A stretch of DNA of 41,024 bases, taken from assembly GCA_000388065.2 (NCBI GenBank), contig KB932207.1. The stretch is one strand, 5' to 3'. Made by a program: the position numbers and the translations under genes. Source of the stretch: Fonticula alba ATCC 38817 (Eukaryota > Protista > Nucleariida). Below, piece after piece: positions 38,577-41,024 of the stretch; position 1 is the first letter of the stretch, and the number at the start of each line of letters is the position of its first letter. The notes beneath the pieces are model-generated. The model searched no databases and was not told the DNA's origin. It was given only the letters and a program-made list of their open reading frames with translations.

Positions 38577-38979
38577 TCGCCTCCCTGTCCCTCCTCCTCC
38601 CTTCCCCCCCCCCTCTCTCTCTCTCTCTGCCGTCTCCCTTCCCTCTCCCAGCCGGGGCCCCACCCCCTGCCGCCCCTTCACACGCACACACGCGCACAGA
38701 TGAGCATATGCATTTTGGGACAGCTGCCCGCTTCCTTGCTGTGTCCCCCTCCGAATAAAGAAAAATCGTTACACTCCCGACGCGCCCCCCCCCCCCTCTC
38801 CTGCGTTTCCAATTTCCTGATGTTTGCACAGTGGCCTGTGCGGTGCTCTGCTGTGCGCCAGCACTCCTCGACCCGTTTGTTACACACTTCCGGAGCATGG
38901 GCTAGTATATGTATTCCTTCCCCTTTCCGGCGGGGGAGTCTGCCTCGCGCTGTCTCACCAAGAGAGTAAGAGAAAGAGG

Positions 38980-39014
<35 letters not shown>

Positions 39015-39094
39015 CAACCCCCCGGGGGGGGGGGGCGCCTTTCTCCGCCGGCAGTCTCGCACACGCTCTCCCTTTCTTTCGCGCGCACTTCCCC

Positions 39095-39477
39095 TCACGA
39101 GGAGGATGCCTGCTGCTTGCGGAATTCCTCAGCCTGGAGGGCGATCTGCTGGACGGCCTCCATGTTACGGCCACCGAAGATGGCCGACCCGATGCGGACG
39201 CAGGTGCTGCCCTGGCGAATCTGTCGATGTGTCGAGTTTGACAGGTGCATGGGTGAGTGACTGGCCGGGGCATCGGCCATGAGGGCCACACGGGGGACAT
39301 GGCTCCAAGGGTGTGATCAAAATGGAGGGCACGTACGGCCTGCTCGAAGTCCGCGGACATCCCCATGCTCAGGCCGATGATGCCCTGGTGGAGGCCGGTC
39401 GTGGTGCAAATGCGCTCGCGCAGGGCATGCAGCCGCTGTGCATACGAGTGTATGTGTAGGGGTGGATACGCACGCGC

Positions 39478-39522
<45 letters not shown>

Positions 39523-40805
39523 CGAGGGGGAATGCGAGATAGACGGGCATGTCTCAGGACCAAGTAATATGAGGGGGAAGAGATGGACAGGGAGGAAACG
39601 GGGAGCCAAGATAGAGGGAGAGACAGAGGCCGAGCAGTCGCCGCGCCACACGTACGGCGAAGTCGGAATTGTAGCCCGAGTCGGCGTACGACTCCTCGGT
39701 GGAGCCGATGGTCATCAGGCCCTCGAAGGCCACATGGTCCAGGGCCTGGATCTGGCGGATGAGGCGCATGACAGCAAAGTCCGGGTGAGTCTGATCGGTT
39801 TCGCTGGTGGCCGGGGCCGTGTCCACCGAGGCCGCGTCCAGGCCGGATTTGGTGTCCTCGCCACTGGTGTTAATTTGCACAAAGAGGCGCAGCCGATCGC
39901 CGGGGGCCCGAACGCCGGAGGCCTTCAGCTCACCCATCACCCGGGAGATGGTCTGTGCCTGGCGCTCGGAGGTGACGGTCTGGATGCCGGCAAGGTTGGG
40001 GACGCCTGCATGGGTGTGGTCGCGAAGATGTCAGCCTCCGGGAAGACGCGTGTCGGCGCACGCGCGCGGGCAGACCCTCCGCGCATCTGCGCACCCGCGC
40101 ACCGGACACAACAGCGACAGGGACGTACTCTGGAGGAGATGCCGGATCTTGTTGGACTGCAAGATGCCGATGTAGTGCCACTGGATGGTCTTGGGGAGCT
40201 GTGTACAGAGATGCACATGTGTGCGCGTGTGCGTGAATGCCGGCAGGCGGGCGGGCGGGCGGGCGGTGGAGGTAAGAGGGACGGATGGGATGTCAGATCG
40301 GAGGAGGGGAAGCGAGGGCCAGGAGCTTCCGCGACCCGCTAACATGGGGCGGAGTGCCATGTATATGTTATGTACATACCAGCAGCGCCTTGTTACACAG
40401 CTCCGGGATGTAGTTCTCCCCGAAGTTCACCTGCCCCAGAGCATGGGCCTCGCGCAGGGAGTCCAGCGTCTGGCACTTGGCGACCAGCAGCAGCTGAGGC
40501 AGGCGCGGCTGGGATTCGTGGTCCGGGGCGCTCAGCAGCCCGAAGGGGGCCGGGCCATCAGCAACATCCAGCAGCCGCTGGGAGTAGGCCCGGAGGAAGG
40601 CGCGCGAGGAGTCGTTCAGCCGGTCGAGCATGGTCTCCTCCTTGGGAGCGGCGGCGGCGCCGGCGGCGGCGGCGGCGGCAGCAGGGGTGTTGGTGCTGGG
40701 GGCGGACATGTGGCGACGGGGGGTGGTGGCGGCGGCGGCGGCGGCGGCAGCGAGCGGGCGGCGAGCGACAACGAGTGGCGTGGAGCAGGCCCAGGAGGTA
40801 AGCAT
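39095..40805 (-). CDS. PLPBP: Pyridoxal phosphate homeostasis protein (PLPBP/PROSC/YggS family), 356 aa from the first ATG
   Basis: Exons 40805-40380, 40198-40129, 40005-39656, 39435-39337, 39220-39095 (1071 nt). Motifs LLVAK (PLP lysine), FGENYIPEL, WHYIGILQSNK, VQINTSGEDTKSG, GLMTIG, LSMGMSADFEQA, GSTCVRIGSAIFG. Confidence 0.95.
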
Positions 40806-41024
40806 ACTCCAGGGGGCGTGTTGCTGGGGGCAGAGGGGGGGGGGAGGGGCGATGTCGGGATCTGTAGCGGCAAGGGAGGACGTGTCCCCCCTCCGGGGAC
40901 CGGCGCATAAATAGGTGCCGTGGTTTTGTTTTTGCCTCCCAGCCGGGTCCTGTGCCGATCTGTCCCTATTCCGTGGGGCGTGTTGTCCTCTCTCGGCCAG
41001 GAGGGCAGCGACCTGGGGGGGGGG

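Overview
Eukaryotic nuclear DNA, very GC-rich and intron-rich, with four assembly gaps. The fungal-like Ras and Oac1 proteins, short introns and C/G-homopolymer-laden non-coding DNA suggest a holomycotan/opisthokont protist such as Fonticula alba (inference, not verified). I rebuilt nine spliced protein-coding genes plus one intronless gene by hand. Every model keeps frame across GT-AG junctions: ELF1 (+), HD-domain 5'-deoxynucleotidase (-), DNAJC8-like J protein (+, intronless), Ras (+), an uncharacterised protein with an AVEN-like C-terminus (-), ATP synthase beta (+), Oac1-type mitochondrial carrier (-), BRR2 helicase (-), cytochrome b5 (+) and PLP homeostasis protein (-). I found no tRNA, rRNA, CRISPR array or transposon. 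Most long ORFs in the track are GC or antisense artefacts. The most unusual signals are: (i) a 5' splice-site consensus GT(A/G)(C/T)G, with +4 = C in 24 of 30 coding introns and +4 = A in only one; (ii) an apparent tail-to-tail overlap of the ELF1 and HD-domain coding sequences; (iii) a 12-bp tandem array fused to a perfect 14-bp palindrome in a divergent promoter, and a related GTGATGT cluster upstream of Ras; (iv) several long (CG)n arrays; (v) two gene-free stretches of more than 5 kb with hints of unannotated spliced transcripts.
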